Below the pieces are notes generated by a model. It had not been told where the DNA came from. It ran no database searches and worked only from the letters and a program-made list of their open reading frames with translations. Of a stretch of DNA of 58,214 nt, positions 7,886 to 16,775 are shown in pieces (the stretch's first letter is position 1; every line of letters begins with the position of its first letter). The DNA is from Gemmatimonadota bacterium (lineage in GTDB: Bacteria > Gemmatimonadota > Gemmatimonadetes > Palauibacterales > KS3-K002), in contig JBDHAL010000011.1 in the NCBI GenBank assembly GCA_039588075.1, positions 1 to 58,214 of the forward strand. Direction: 5' to 3'. The position numbers and the translations under genes were made by a program.

Positions 7886-10333
7886 ATGGGCCCCACCTGG
7901 CAGGACGTGCGCTATGGATTCCGTACGCTGCTCAAGCGTCCCGGATTCGCGCTGATCGCGGTACTGACCATCGCGCTGGGAATCGGCGCCAACACTTCCA
8001 TCTTCAGCATCGTCAACGGCGTGCTGCTCGAGCCACTGCCGCTCCACGAGCCGCAGGATCTCGTGACGCCGGACGTGATAAGCTCGCGCGGCTTCTCGAT
8101 CTCGCTGTCGATCCCCAACTTCAAGGACTGGCGTGAGCGCAGCCGTTCGTTCGAGTCGTTCGGGGCGAACATGTCGAATAACCTGACGCTCACCGGCATC
8201 GACCGCCCCGAGATGATACGCGCCCGCTTCGTGCTCGGTGACTATTTCGAGACGCTCGGCGTGCCGCCGTTCATGGGCCGGACGATAAGATCGGACGAGA
8301 CGTGGGCGGGAGCCGTGCCGATCGCCGTCGTGACGTACGGTTTTTGGGAACGACGCCTCGGCTCCGACCCCGACGCGCTGGGCCGCAGCATCACGCTGGC
8401 CGGCGAAGTCTACGAGATCGTCGGCATCATGCCCCCGGAGTTCCAGTTCCCGTCCGCCGACACCGAAGCCTTCCTTCCCATGGGCTATATCTCCGATCGA
8501 CTCTGTTGGGAGGTGCGCGGCTGCTCCCAGGGCACGTGGGCCATCGCCCGGCTCAAGGACGGCGTCAGCATCGAGACCGCCCAGGCCGACCTCGACCGGA
8601 TACACCGCGAGATCGAAGAAGAGGAAGGCCAGGAGGTTGCGCGGCCCGAGCTGGGCTCGCTGATGGACGCCTACGTCGGCGACATTCGCACGCCGATCCT
8701 GATCCTGATGGGCGCGGTCGGCTTCGTCCTGCTGATCGCCTGCGCCAACGTGGCCAGCCTGCTGCTGTCGCGCGGCGAGAGCCGCAGGCGCGAGATCGCC
8801 GTCCGCACCGCACTCGGCGCCGGGCGCGGCCGGGTGATCCGCCAGCTTCTCACCGAAAGCGTCATACTCGGGCTCGCCGGTGGTGGCCTCGGCGTCGGCC
8901 TGGCCTACGTCGGCACGCGACTGCTCGTTCCAGCGATCTCCGACAACATACCGACGATCATGATCGGTAGGATCGGGCTCGACGTACCGGTTCTGCTGTT
9001 CACGTTCGCCGTCTCGGTGGGAGCGGGCCTGCTGTTCGGGATCGCGCCGGCGCTGCGCGCTTCCGTCCAAGAGCTGGTGGGCGAGCTGAAGGAAGGCGGC
9101 CGTGGTGGAACCGGGAGCAAGGCGCGGCAGCGCCTGCGGTCGAGTCTCGTGGCAGCCGAGGTGGCGCTGTCGCTCGTGCTGCTCATCGGCGCCGGGCTGA
9201 TGATCCAGAGCCTGCGCAAATTGCAGAACGTCGACAAGGGGTTCGTCGCCGACAACATATTCACTGCCCGCGTCTCGCTGCCCCGCATACGGTACGACGG
9301 CAAGGAGCCCGTCTGGCGGTTCTACAACGAGTTCCTCGAACGCGTTCAGTCGTTGCCCGGCGTCAAGACCGCATCGCTCACCCAGATCGTGCCGCTGCAG
9401 GGCAACAGCTGGGAGCAGAGCATCATTCCGGAAGGCGTCGCACCCGATCCGGAGAACTTCCAGTCGGTCCTTTATTACATGGTCTCGCTCGACCACTTCG
9501 CGACCTTCGGCATCCCGCTGCTGCGGGGGCGCTTGTTCACGGAACAAGACCGCGACGGCGGCGAGCTGATCTGTGTGATCGACGAAACGATGGCGGAGAA
9601 GTTCTGGCCCGGCGAAGACCCGATCGGCAAGCGCGTCTCGTTCGAAGACACGGAGGAGTCCACCCGCGAGAACCCGATCCGGGTCTTCAGAACCGTGGTC
9701 GGCGTGACGCGGAATGTCCGTCACTACGAACTGGAAAACCCGTCGCGCATCACGGTCTACGTGCCGATGAACCAGAGCGAGCGCTCGTGGACCACGGCCA
9801 TGCACATCGTGGCCAAGACCCAGGGCGACCCGCTGGCCCTTACCGAGACGGTCCGGCGCGAATTGAGCACCCTCGACGCCGAGGTGCCGCTTTACTCTGT
9901 AGAGACCATGGAGGGCTACGTTGGCGAAGCGCTCTCCAATACCCGGGTCGTGGGCAGCCTGCTCACCATCTTCAGCGCCATCGCGCTCACTCTATCCGCC
10001 ATCGGTATCTTCGGCGTCATGTCGCTTTCCGTGGTGCAGCGGCTGCGCGAGATCGGTATCCGGATGGCGCTGGGCGCCCGGGGCGGAGACGTGGTGCGCA
10101 TGGTCACCCGGCAGGGCCTGATCGTCACGCTCACCGGCGTGGCCATCGGCCTCTTCGCCGCCTTCGCGCTCACTCGGCTGATGACGAGCCTGCTTTACCA
10201 GGTGGATCCGGTGGAGCCGGTTACCTATGCCGGCTTCGCGGGCTTCCTCATCGCGGTCTCCTTGCTGGCGGCGTACTTGCCGGCGCGACGCGCGACCCGG
10301 GTGGATCCGGCGATCGTGCTCAGAGAGGAGTAA
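7886..10333 (+). CDS. ADOP-family (MacB/FtsX-like duplicated orphan) ABC permease, second copy
   Basis: N-terminus MGPTWQDVRYGFRTLLKRPGFALIAVLTIALGIGANTSIFSIVNGVLL. Same architecture as the gene at 5072-7528. Confidence 0.9.
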   Translation: MGPTWQDVRYGFRTLLKRPGFALIAVLTIALGIGANTSIFSIVNGVLLEPLPLHEPQDLVTPDVISSRGFSISLSIPNFKDWRERSRSFESFGANMSNNLTLTGIDRPEMIRARFVLGDYFETLGVPPFMGRTIRSDETWAGAVPIAVVTYGFWERRLGSDPDALGRSITLAGEVYEIVGIMPPEFQFPSADTEAFLPMGYISDRLCWEVRGCSQGTWAIARLKDGVSIETAQADLDRIHREIEEEEGQEVARPELGSLMDAYVGDIRTPILILMGAVGFVLLIACANVASLLLSRGESRRREIAVRTALGAGRGRVIRQLLTESVILGLAGGGLGVGLAYVGTRLLVPAISDNIPTIMIGRIGLDVPVLLFTFAVSVGAGLLFGIAPALRASVQELVGELKEGGRGGTGSKARQRLRSSLVAAEVALSLVLLIGAGLMIQSLRKLQNVDKGFVADNIFTARVSLPRIRYDGKEPVWRFYNEFLERVQSLPGVKTASLTQIVPLQGNSWEQSIIPEGVAPDPENFQSVLYYMVSLDHFATFGIPLLRGRLFTEQDRDGGELICVIDETMAEKFWPGEDPIGKRVSFEDTEESTRENPIRVFRTVVGVTRNVRHYELENPSRITVYVPMNQSERSWTTAMHIVAKTQGDPLALTETVRRELSTLDAEVPLYSVETMEGYVGEALSNTRVVGSLLTIFSAIALTLSAIGIFGVMSLSVVQRLREIGIRMALGARGGDVVRMVTRQGLIVTLTGVAIGLFAAFALTRLMTSLLYQVDPVEPVTYAGFAGFLIAVSLLAAYLPARRATRVDPAIVLREE

Positions 10334-10335
10334 CT

Positions 10336-10400
10336 CGGTAACCGGTAACCGGTGACCGGTAATCGGTAACTGCGTGCCTGGCAGCTACCGATTACCGGTC
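10336..10400. repeat. family-B heptamer array (GGTNAYC)n with inverted partner (hairpin)
   Basis: CGGTAACCGGTAACCGGTGACCGGTAATCGGTAAC, then a 14-nt spacer, then CTACCGATTACCGGTC. Starts 3 nt after the ADOP stop. Confidence 0.75.
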
Positions 10401-10438
10401 GCCGTCTTGCGCCCCGCAGGCCACCGCATTACAAAAAT

Positions 10439-10858
10439 GTGGGTAGCGGCATATCTCCTGAACTGCGGGGCCCGATGAAGACAGAATCGACCGTTCGCGT
10501 CGATGAAGCCAAGAACAGGATCTACCTGGTCCTCGAGGGTTTCCACGACATGGAAGAAGCGGTGAGGATGCGGGAGGCGTACCGCGAAGCGATCGCGAAG
10601 TGCAGGCCCGGCTTCACTGTCCTGGCCGACGTGTCGAACTACAAGCCCGGCGCCGGTGACGTCCAATCCGTGCACGCCGAAGCGGTGAAGATAGCCGAGG
10701 ACGCGGGAATTAGCCGGGTGGCGCGATTGGTGGGAGAGAAGCCGTTGGGCGGCATGCAGATCGAGCGCATCGCCAGGAGCAAGGGCCACTACCTGGCGCA
10801 GCATTTCACTGACGCAGAGGAAGCGGAGGCGTTTCTGGACGCTGCGGAAGACGACTAG
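10439..10858 (+). CDS. hypothetical small cytoplasmic protein (possibly STAS/SpoIIAA-like fold)
   Basis: 139-aa ORF with coding-like composition. The alternating beta/alpha pattern (RIYLVLEGFHDMEEAVRMREAYREAIAKCRPGFTVLADVS) is reminiscent of STAS_2-type domains. This is a weak by-eye call. The start could be the Met at 10475. Confidence 0.5.
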   Translation: MGSGISPELRGPMKTESTVRVDEAKNRIYLVLEGFHDMEEAVRMREAYREAIAKCRPGFTVLADVSNYKPGAGDVQSVHAEAVKIAEDAGISRVARLVGEKPLGGMQIERIARSKGHYLAQHFTDAEEAEAFLDAAEDD

Positions 10859-10884
10859 GAACGCGCGTCGAAGCACTTTCGGAG

Positions 10885-11169
10885 CGACATCGGACAGCGG
10901 TCAGCCTTGGGTGACTGACTCGACATCGGACAGCGGTCAGCCTTGGGTGACTGACTCGACATCGGACAGCGGTCAGCCGTCGCTCGATTGTCGAGTTGGA
11001 CTCTTCGCTCGACGTAGGACGGTCGATTTTCGACTTTCAACTCTGCTCGCCACCTCGTCCGGCCTCCCCATCTAATCCCCAACGTTGTACGTCGAACCTC
11101 GGCCGTCGAGCGTCGAGCGAAGAGTCCAACTCGACCCGTCGAGCGACGGCTGACCGCTGTCCGATGTCG
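10885..11169. repeat. family-A element, copy 2, with triplicated left arm
   Basis: Three tandem starts of CGACATCGGACAGCGGTCAGCC at 10885, 10921 and 10957 (36-nt period). These are followed by the inner repeat, a centre, and the right arm ending CCGATGTCG at 11169. Confidence 0.85.
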
Positions 11170-11179
11170 GTACGGGTCG

Positions 11180-12352
11180 TCAAACGAACATATGACACAA
11201 ATACGCGGTCGCCACGCCGAGATAATTGCCCAGCGCATAACCGATCAGTGCCAGCATGATCGATATCGGCACCAACTCCTCGCGGTGATAGCCGGCCGCC
11301 ACGGGGGCCGATGCGGCGCCGCCCACGGCAGCGACGCTGGCGGTCGCCGCCATGCTGACGTCGACGCGGAACATGCGGGCGCTGATGAAGACAAAGAGCA
11401 GGTGGATGGCGACGCAGATGAACCCGGCGGCGAGGAACCACTGGGCGCCGCCGATGTTTCGCAGGTCGGCCTGGGCGCCGATCATCGTCATATAGATATA
11501 GACGAAGGCCATGGCCAGCGGTTCGGTGCCGGGCACGTCTTTCAGCTTGGTACCCGAAAGCGCGATCCCGAACGTGGTCACCAACAGGATGGCCCAGGTC
11601 CCTCGCGTCAGCACCGGCGGCAGCTCAGGAATGAAATCGGCCACCAGGTTTGCGGCCAACATCGCGGTGAACGCCCACCCCACCAGGATCAGCAGGTCCT
11701 TGAAGTGGACCTCGTGTGATTTCTTTTCGACTTCCGAAGTGGCCTGGGTGATGTGCTCAATCTGCTCCTTGGAGACCCGAGACCAGCGATTGAACCACGA
11801 CGCCCAGCGTTTCGAAGTGAGGATGATCGGGAAGTAGATCAGGTAGACGAAGTTGTCCACCAACACGACCATGCCGACCATCTCGCCGGGCGTGTTCAGG
11901 CTCTCCGCCACCGCGGCCAGGTTGCCTGTTCCGCCGATCCAGCTGCCGGCCAGCGCGCCGTAGCCGCGCCAGGTGTCCGGCGGCAGGCCTTCCCTGAACA
12001 TGATGAACGAGAAAACGGCGCCAATCACGATCCCGAAGGAGCCGATCACCAGCACGGCGGCGCCGCGCCACGCCACCTTGAGCGACTGGCGGATGTTGAT
12101 GTCCAGCAGCATCAGCACGATGAACAACGGCACAGCGAACGAGCGGAAGGTGGTATAGATCGGGCTCTCGCGCGGGATGATGTTGAGATTGCTGAGGAAG
12201 ATGGGCGTGAGAAAGATCCAGATGATCGCCGGCAGGATGTCGAAGATCTTCCACTTCGTCTTCTTCTCCAGCCAGATGAAGAAGACCGGGACCATCGTGA
12301 TGACGGCCATCACGCCGACGAGATCGTTGAAGAGCGGCTGCGACTCCATCAC
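11180..12352 (-). CDS. DUF819-family integral membrane protein
   Basis: 390-aa polytopic membrane protein. The AGSWIGGTGNLAAV motif and overall layout resemble DUF819 (YjcL-like) proteins, from memory of the family. Confidence 0.7.
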   Translation of the reverse strand: MMESQPLFNDLVGVMAVITMVPVFFIWLEKKTKWKIFDILPAIIWIFLTPIFLSNLNIIPRESPIYTTFRSFAVPLFIVLMLLDINIRQSLKVAWRGAAVLVIGSFGIVIGAVFSFIMFREGLPPDTWRGYGALAGSWIGGTGNLAAVAESLNTPGEMVGMVVLVDNFVYLIYFPIILTSKRWASWFNRWSRVSKEQIEHITQATSEVEKKSHEVHFKDLLILVGWAFTAMLAANLVADFIPELPPVLTRGTWAILLVTTFGIALSGTKLKDVPGTEPLAMAFVYIYMTMIGAQADLRNIGGAQWFLAAGFICVAIHLLFVFISARMFRVDVSMAATASVAAVGGAASAPVAAGYHREELVPISIMLALIGYALGNYLGVATAYLCHMFV

Positions 12353-12507
12353 GCCTCCAGTTCAGGCCACGCCATCGAGGATATTTCCCCGGCACCGAAG
12401 CACCGACGGTAGCACGAGAGCCCGGCGAGCGAAAGACCTGACGATACCCGTACGGGGCCCCGGTCTCCCAAGCGCGCTTTTCTATCTCAGGAATTTCGGG
12501 GGGAGCA

Positions 12508-12669
12508 TCACCCGAAGTAGTAGTCCTTGATGCGCCGGCCCGCATATAGGCCGATGCCGGTGCCGACGAGGCCCAGGACCAAGCCGGTCAGCGGCCCAAA
12601 CAGCGCTCCAAACCACCACCCCGCCCAGCCGCCGAGGACGGCCAGCATCAGCGAAAAGAGCCTGTGCAT
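12508..12669 (-). CDS. small (53 aa) glycine-zipper membrane protein
   Basis: Below the track cutoff. ATG at 12669 to TGA at 12508 encodes MHRLFSLMLAVLGGWAGWWFGALFGPLTGLVLGLVGTGIGLYAGRRIKDYYFG (GxxxG-rich double TM). No clear SD. Confidence 0.4.
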   Translation of the reverse strand: MHRLFSLMLAVLGGWAGWWFGALFGPLTGLVLGLVGTGIGLYAGRRIKDYYFG

Positions 12670-12788
12670 TGTCGGTCCTATGAATAGGGGATGGGGGAGG
12701 TCGGCTCTGTGGCGCCAGGAGCAACTTCCCTAATTTCACACATGCGGCCCGATCAGCCAAGGGCCGCGATGGGGGTGCGGTTCTTCCG

Positions 12789-14030
12789 CTAGCGGAGCAC
12801 CTCTTCAAAGGGACGAGCGAGGATGTGCCACCCGAACAGAGCGCCGGCCCGCGAGAGCTTGATGGCGCGAAGGACGGCGCAGGAGCTGTAATGCACCTCC
12901 GGGTCGTAGAAGGCGTCCTCGTTCTGCAGCCAGAGGCCCCTCTCGTTGTCGCCGCAGGAGCCGTGGTCTTGCCGATCGTGGATGACGGCGCCGAAGAACC
13001 TCTGGGACATGTTGATCTCGAAGCAGCCCCTCGACAGGATGATGCCGGCGAACTCGCCGACGCCGGCGTCATCGCCGTCGTCATCCGATGCCTGGAGGTC
13101 GAACTCGGCGTCGGTGATCAGGATCGCCTGCCCGTAGCCATCGCCGAGGTTCGTTCGCATCCCACCGTCTTTCAGGTAGATGATGGGGAAATAGTTGAAG
13201 CACGCGTCGCCGGGTACGTTCGAGCCCCAGTTGTAGGGATCGTCGGTGTTGCAGCTCCCGTCATCGTTGTAAGACGGACGAACGGTCTCCCGCACCTTGC
13301 CGTCGGAGTCATCGGTAATCGGATTGCCGATGACGTGGTCGGCCAGATCGATCAGGTTGTCCCAGGTGGGGCCGTTGAACTCGTTGAAGGTGTCGTCGTC
13401 GATGCTAGCGTCCTGTATAACCGCCGGATCGCCATCGATATCCGAATCATCCCATATGTCCAGATCGTCGAGGTCCTCGATGATCAGGCCCGGCTTGTCA
13501 TCCATCGGATCCGTGCACAGGCCGCCGCCGCTCCAGCCGGGGGGCGCCACGTCGTGTCCGTCGATCAGGCTGCCGTCTTCCAGGCGCGCCCGGCCGCGCA
13601 CCTTCGCCGCGGCGTCCATCGTCGGATAAGGGCTGTAGCTGAACGCGTGGCTCAAGATCCGCTGGCCGCCCCGGGGGCCCTCGCCGCGCCCTTCCACGTC
13701 CAGGCGATAGAGCGCCTGGCCATCGACGCCTTCGTCCAGCCGCCGGATGACCGCGTGATAGCCGCCGCCGTGGGGCAGGTCGTGCCAGCCCAGGTCCAGC
13801 GTCGCGCCGGGCTGCAGCGCCGCCAGCGCGACGTCGCTGACCGTCGAGGGCACCTGGTTGAGGCCCGCCTCGGCGGCGTAGAAGGCGGCCGCCGACTCGA
13901 CCATCGCCTGGGCCGAACTGCGCTCGTCGCCGCTCGAGATCAGCGCCGCCATCATGAGCAGGCTCAACACGAGCATCGTCATGATGATGGCGGGAACTAC
14001 GAATCCGCCTTTGTCGGCCAAGTGCTTCAT
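12789..14030 (-). CDS. PilX-like (PilX_N-type N-terminus) pilus-associated protein
   Basis: A start at 14030 (GAGGTGG SD 7 nt upstream) gives MKHLADKGGFVVPAIIMTMLVLSLLMMAAL...AFYAAEAGLN, the PilX N-terminal pattern. The central segment is acidic (DDLDIWDDSDIDGDPAVIQDASIDDD). Alternative starts are at 14066 and 14153. Confidence 0.65.
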   Translation of the reverse strand: MKHLADKGGFVVPAIIMTMLVLSLLMMAALISSGDERSSAQAMVESAAAFYAAEAGLNQVPSTVSDVALAALQPGATLDLGWHDLPHGGGYHAVIRRLDEGVDGQALYRLDVEGRGEGPRGGQRILSHAFSYSPYPTMDAAAKVRGRARLEDGSLIDGHDVAPPGWSGGGLCTDPMDDKPGLIIEDLDDLDIWDDSDIDGDPAVIQDASIDDDTFNEFNGPTWDNLIDLADHVIGNPITDDSDGKVRETVRPSYNDDGSCNTDDPYNWGSNVPGDACFNYFPIIYLKDGGMRTNLGDGYGQAILITDAEFDLQASDDDGDDAGVGEFAGIILSRGCFEINMSQRFFGAVIHDRQDHGSCGDNERGLWLQNEDAFYDPEVHYSSCAVLRAIKLSRAGALFGWHILARPFEEVLR

Positions 14031-14097
14031 GTTCAACCACCTCATAGCAGCGTTCAACGAATTCATCTCTCTATCCCTGACAAAGATCCTCACCGCT

Positions 14098-14955
14098 TCA
14101 GTTGCGCGTGCTGACACGCACCCGCAGAGTGTCTTTCTGGAAGAACGGGTCACCCGTCATCGGCGCCCTGCGCAGGCTCTCCGCTTTGAGAACGATATCG
14201 ACCAGGGCGACCTGCGCCGGATCCGCGGTTGGGTTACCGGCGCGATCGTAGTACACGAACGCCAACCCGCTGTCGCCCGGTGGACGAAGCGGTCCGATCA
14301 GCCGCTCGTAGTCGGCGGCGTTTCCCACCTTGCGCCCCAACCACCAGCGATCCCCTTCCGGATAGATCGAGTACTCAACCCGGCGGAAAGCGCGGATGGA
14401 GCCGCCGACGATGACGCCGTCGGTCGTTCCGCCCACCGCGACAACCAGGTCCGGATCGACATACCCGCCCATCCCGTCGTCCCAGACACACTTCGGCACA
14501 CCGCCGGAGCCGGGGTCCCAACGGGCCTCCAAGTCGATTACCGACCACATATCGTCCTGAGTACCCTTTGCGCCCGCGGCAAACAGCAACGCGCTGTCCT
14601 GCGGGGCCGTATTGAACTCGCCGCGCACACCCCAGACGGCGAACCGTGGTAGCGTCGTGTGCTTGGCGCAGACGATGCCACTGCCCTGCACCGAGCGCAG
14701 CGTCACCCAGTACGTATTTATCTCGTACAGATCCCCGCCTGACGGCGAGGTCTGCCTAAGCTCCCACGCCAGCAGCGACGCCGCCGATCTCAGCGTCGTG
14801 CGGACATCCATCAGCTCGTTCTGCTTCATGTAGAGCCGGCTCTGCCCGATCAACAGCTTGTAGACCGCCGTCACGATCACCGCGCCCAGCGCGAGCGCTA
14901 CGATGATCTCCATAATCGTGAAGCCGGTCTTCGCTTTGAGCGTTGCTTTGGCCAT
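14098..14955 (-). CDS. PilW/GspJ-like minor pilin (prepilin-type N-terminal methylation motif)
   Basis: MAKATLKAKTGFTIMEIIVALALGAVIVTAVYKLL matches the class III signal G/FT(I/L)xE plus hydrophobic helix. Its size is typical of PilW. Confidence 0.75.
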   Translation of the reverse strand: MAKATLKAKTGFTIMEIIVALALGAVIVTAVYKLLIGQSRLYMKQNELMDVRTTLRSAASLLAWELRQTSPSGGDLYEINTYWVTLRSVQGSGIVCAKHTTLPRFAVWGVRGEFNTAPQDSALLFAAGAKGTQDDMWSVIDLEARWDPGSGGVPKCVWDDGMGGYVDPDLVVAVGGTTDGVIVGGSIRAFRRVEYSIYPEGDRWWLGRKVGNAADYERLIGPLRPPGDSGLAFVYYDRAGNPTADPAQVALVDIVLKAESLRRAPMTGDPFFQKDTLRVRVSTRN

Positions 14956-15284
14956 GACACCTGGTATTCTTGCCGACCGCGGAATCCAGAGCCGGCGGAC
15001 GGACGGGATTACCTCGTTGGCGGGCTGAACGAAACCGGCGGAAGCGGGATGATCTCAGCTGCGGGGCGCCGCCGGGCGTCCCGCCGCGAGCATATGGCGT
15101 CGCAATCCACGTGCCCGGCGGCGACACGGGCCTGGTGAGGCTATCCCATTGTAGGATAAGAGGTTAGCCGAAAAGGCAGATTACGACACACTCGTCTGCG
15201 GGGGCCGCCCCACGGTCAGATTGACCGAGGCCGGGCCGGACCCAGGGGTTACGCCCGGGTCCGACCGTCCGTCCGGCCTCCGGC

Positions 15285-16553
15285 CTAGGGTAGGTCTACT
15301 CCGTATATGTCGTTACCGCTCAGGCCATAGCGGCTCCCGTCGAAGAAGAGGATCGAGTCGAACGTCCCCTGCGTAGACGAGCCCAGCGAGATCGGCGTGA
15401 AGATGAATACATCCTCGTCAGCACCGGAAGCGCCGGACACCGAGAAATTCCCCTTGGTGGATATGTAGATCCTGCCCGCTCCATCGACCGCCAGGCCGTA
15501 GATGTCCTCGTCGCTGTTCGTCATGCCGACGTCGCTGCCGTCAAAGTACATGGACCATGTGCCCGAGGTACTCGCCCCCAGCGACGCGGGCGTGAAAGCG
15601 GCGATGTCCTCATCTCTTCCGGAAAGCCCGCTCACCCCGAAGGACCCCTTCGTCGAAATCAACAGCGTTCCATCGGGCAGCAGATCGAAGGCGTCAACGT
15701 CTTCGTCGCTGTTGGTCAAGCCCACATCGCTGCCGTCGAAGTAAAGCTCGAACCAACCGGCGGTGTTCTGGCCCAGCGATGTGGCCGTGAACTTGATGAT
15801 GTCCGAGTCGTCCACTCCACCGCTGATGCCGGGCACCGACTCGTCGCTGGTGAACGACATGAGGATCTCCGTACTGCTGATGACCGCGAAGCCATCGAGG
15901 CGCGCGTCCTCGATACCTACGTCGGAGCCGTCGAAGTAGAGACTGAAGGCGGAGCCGTCGAAGGTCAGGATGTCTTCATTCTCGACGCTCACGCCGCCCA
16001 CCGTCGTCGCGCTGGTCAATGAGAAGTAAAGCGCTACGGTCGCCTGTTCATTGACTGTCAACGAACGATCCATGACGGAGAGGTCGCCGTCGGCCTCGTG
16101 AACCGTAAGCCTCACGGTGTACGTCCCCGGAGCGCTGTAGCTGTGGCTCGGGTTCCGGTCGTTGCTGTCGATGGCCGGCCCCGACGCGATGTCAAAATCC
16201 CACTCCCAGGCCGTAATCCCGTCGTAGGAAGTCGAGGCATCGAAGAACGAGACGAGCGAGCCTACCGTCGGCGCCCCGGGTGAAAAGCTAAAGTCCGAGT
16301 ATGGATTGAGATCGCTCACCGTCGCCGACGTTGTGGCTACGATCGAGACCCCGCCATCGTCATCGCGTGCCCGCAACCCAACGGTGAACGATCCGTCCTG
16401 CGGATAGGTGTGCTGGAGCGACGCGCCCGAGCCGTCAACGTTGAACGACGTTCCGTCGTAGTCGAAGTCCCACTCGTAGGTCAGGTCGTCCGCACCGGGA
16501 TCCGTGGCGCTCCCGGTGGACGATCGCCGCCAGGATGTTGGGCAGGAAATCTC
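15285..16553 (-). CDS. PKD-domain protein with four ~65-aa C-terminal repeats, 5'-truncated with no usable start in frame
   Basis: One and two-thirds PKD domains (DDLTYEWDFDYDG...; ITAWEWDFDIASG...YTVRLTV). These are followed by repeats built around DEDI-x-F-x3-SLG-x9-YFDGSDVG. The track calls 15285-16376 from an internal TTG. The frame is open up to the stop at 16554-16556, without ATG or GTG and without a signal peptide. Confidence 0.6.
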   Translation of the reverse strand, partial: EISCPTSWRRSSTGSATDPGADDLTYEWDFDYDGTSFNVDGSGASLQHTYPQDGSFTVGLRARDDDGGVSIVATTSATVSDLNPYSDFSFSPGAPTVGSLVSFFDASTSYDGITAWEWDFDIASGPAIDSNDRNPSHSYSAPGTYTVRLTVHEADGDLSVMDRSLTVNEQATVALYFSLTSATTVGGVSVENEDILTFDGSAFSLYFDGSDVGIEDARLDGFAVISSTEILMSFTSDESVPGISGGVDDSDIIKFTATSLGQNTAGWFELYFDGSDVGLTNSDEDVDAFDLLPDGTLLISTKGSFGVSGLSGRDEDIAAFTPASLGASTSGTWSMYFDGSDVGMTNSDEDIYGLAVDGAGRIYISTKGNFSVSGASGADEDVFIFTPISLGSSTQGTFDSILFFDGSRYGLSGNDIYGVDLP

Positions 16554-16608
16554 CTATCCCGCGCACGAAAGCGGTAATGGAGTCGAGGATGATGTCCTGA
16601 ATCTGCAT
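16435..16608 (-). pseudogene. 57-codon remnant: N-terminus of a membrane protein (conserved-TM-helix/MscS-associated-like) running out of frame into the PKD gene
   Basis: A strong SD (GGGAGGTGA) and ATG at 16608 encode MQIQDIILDSITAFVRGIGDFLPNILAAIV. The frame then degenerates to Arg-rich junk and stops at 16435-16437. It overlaps the PKD frame. Confidence 0.35.
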
Positions 16609-16775
16609 GCTTCACCTCCCGGTGGTTACAGATTGATCCGGACGACGTTCGACTGTTTTGTTCTGTATGTTAGGAGAAGTGGAGACCGGGCTATGTCCAC
16701 TTTAGGACACCTCAGCGGATCCGGCAAGGAAGGCGGTCTGGCTGGGACCGGAAGAACCGGCCCCCGCGCCCAGAT

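Noticed and set aside
10855-11259. ORFs spanning family-A elements (10855-11238, 10996-11259, 47492-47857, 53029-53385, 53123-53584, 55322-55636)
   Set aside because: The same peptide strings (IGQRSAVA, VELDSSLD) recur only because the repeat is read in both orientations. There are no start signals, and each is interrupted differently in each copy.
15200-15284. GC-rich hairpins downstream of the PKD gene, and similar ones at 16700-16775, as intrinsic terminators
   Set aside because: The stems are present but no U-tract follows on the relevant strand. The support is insufficient to annotate them.
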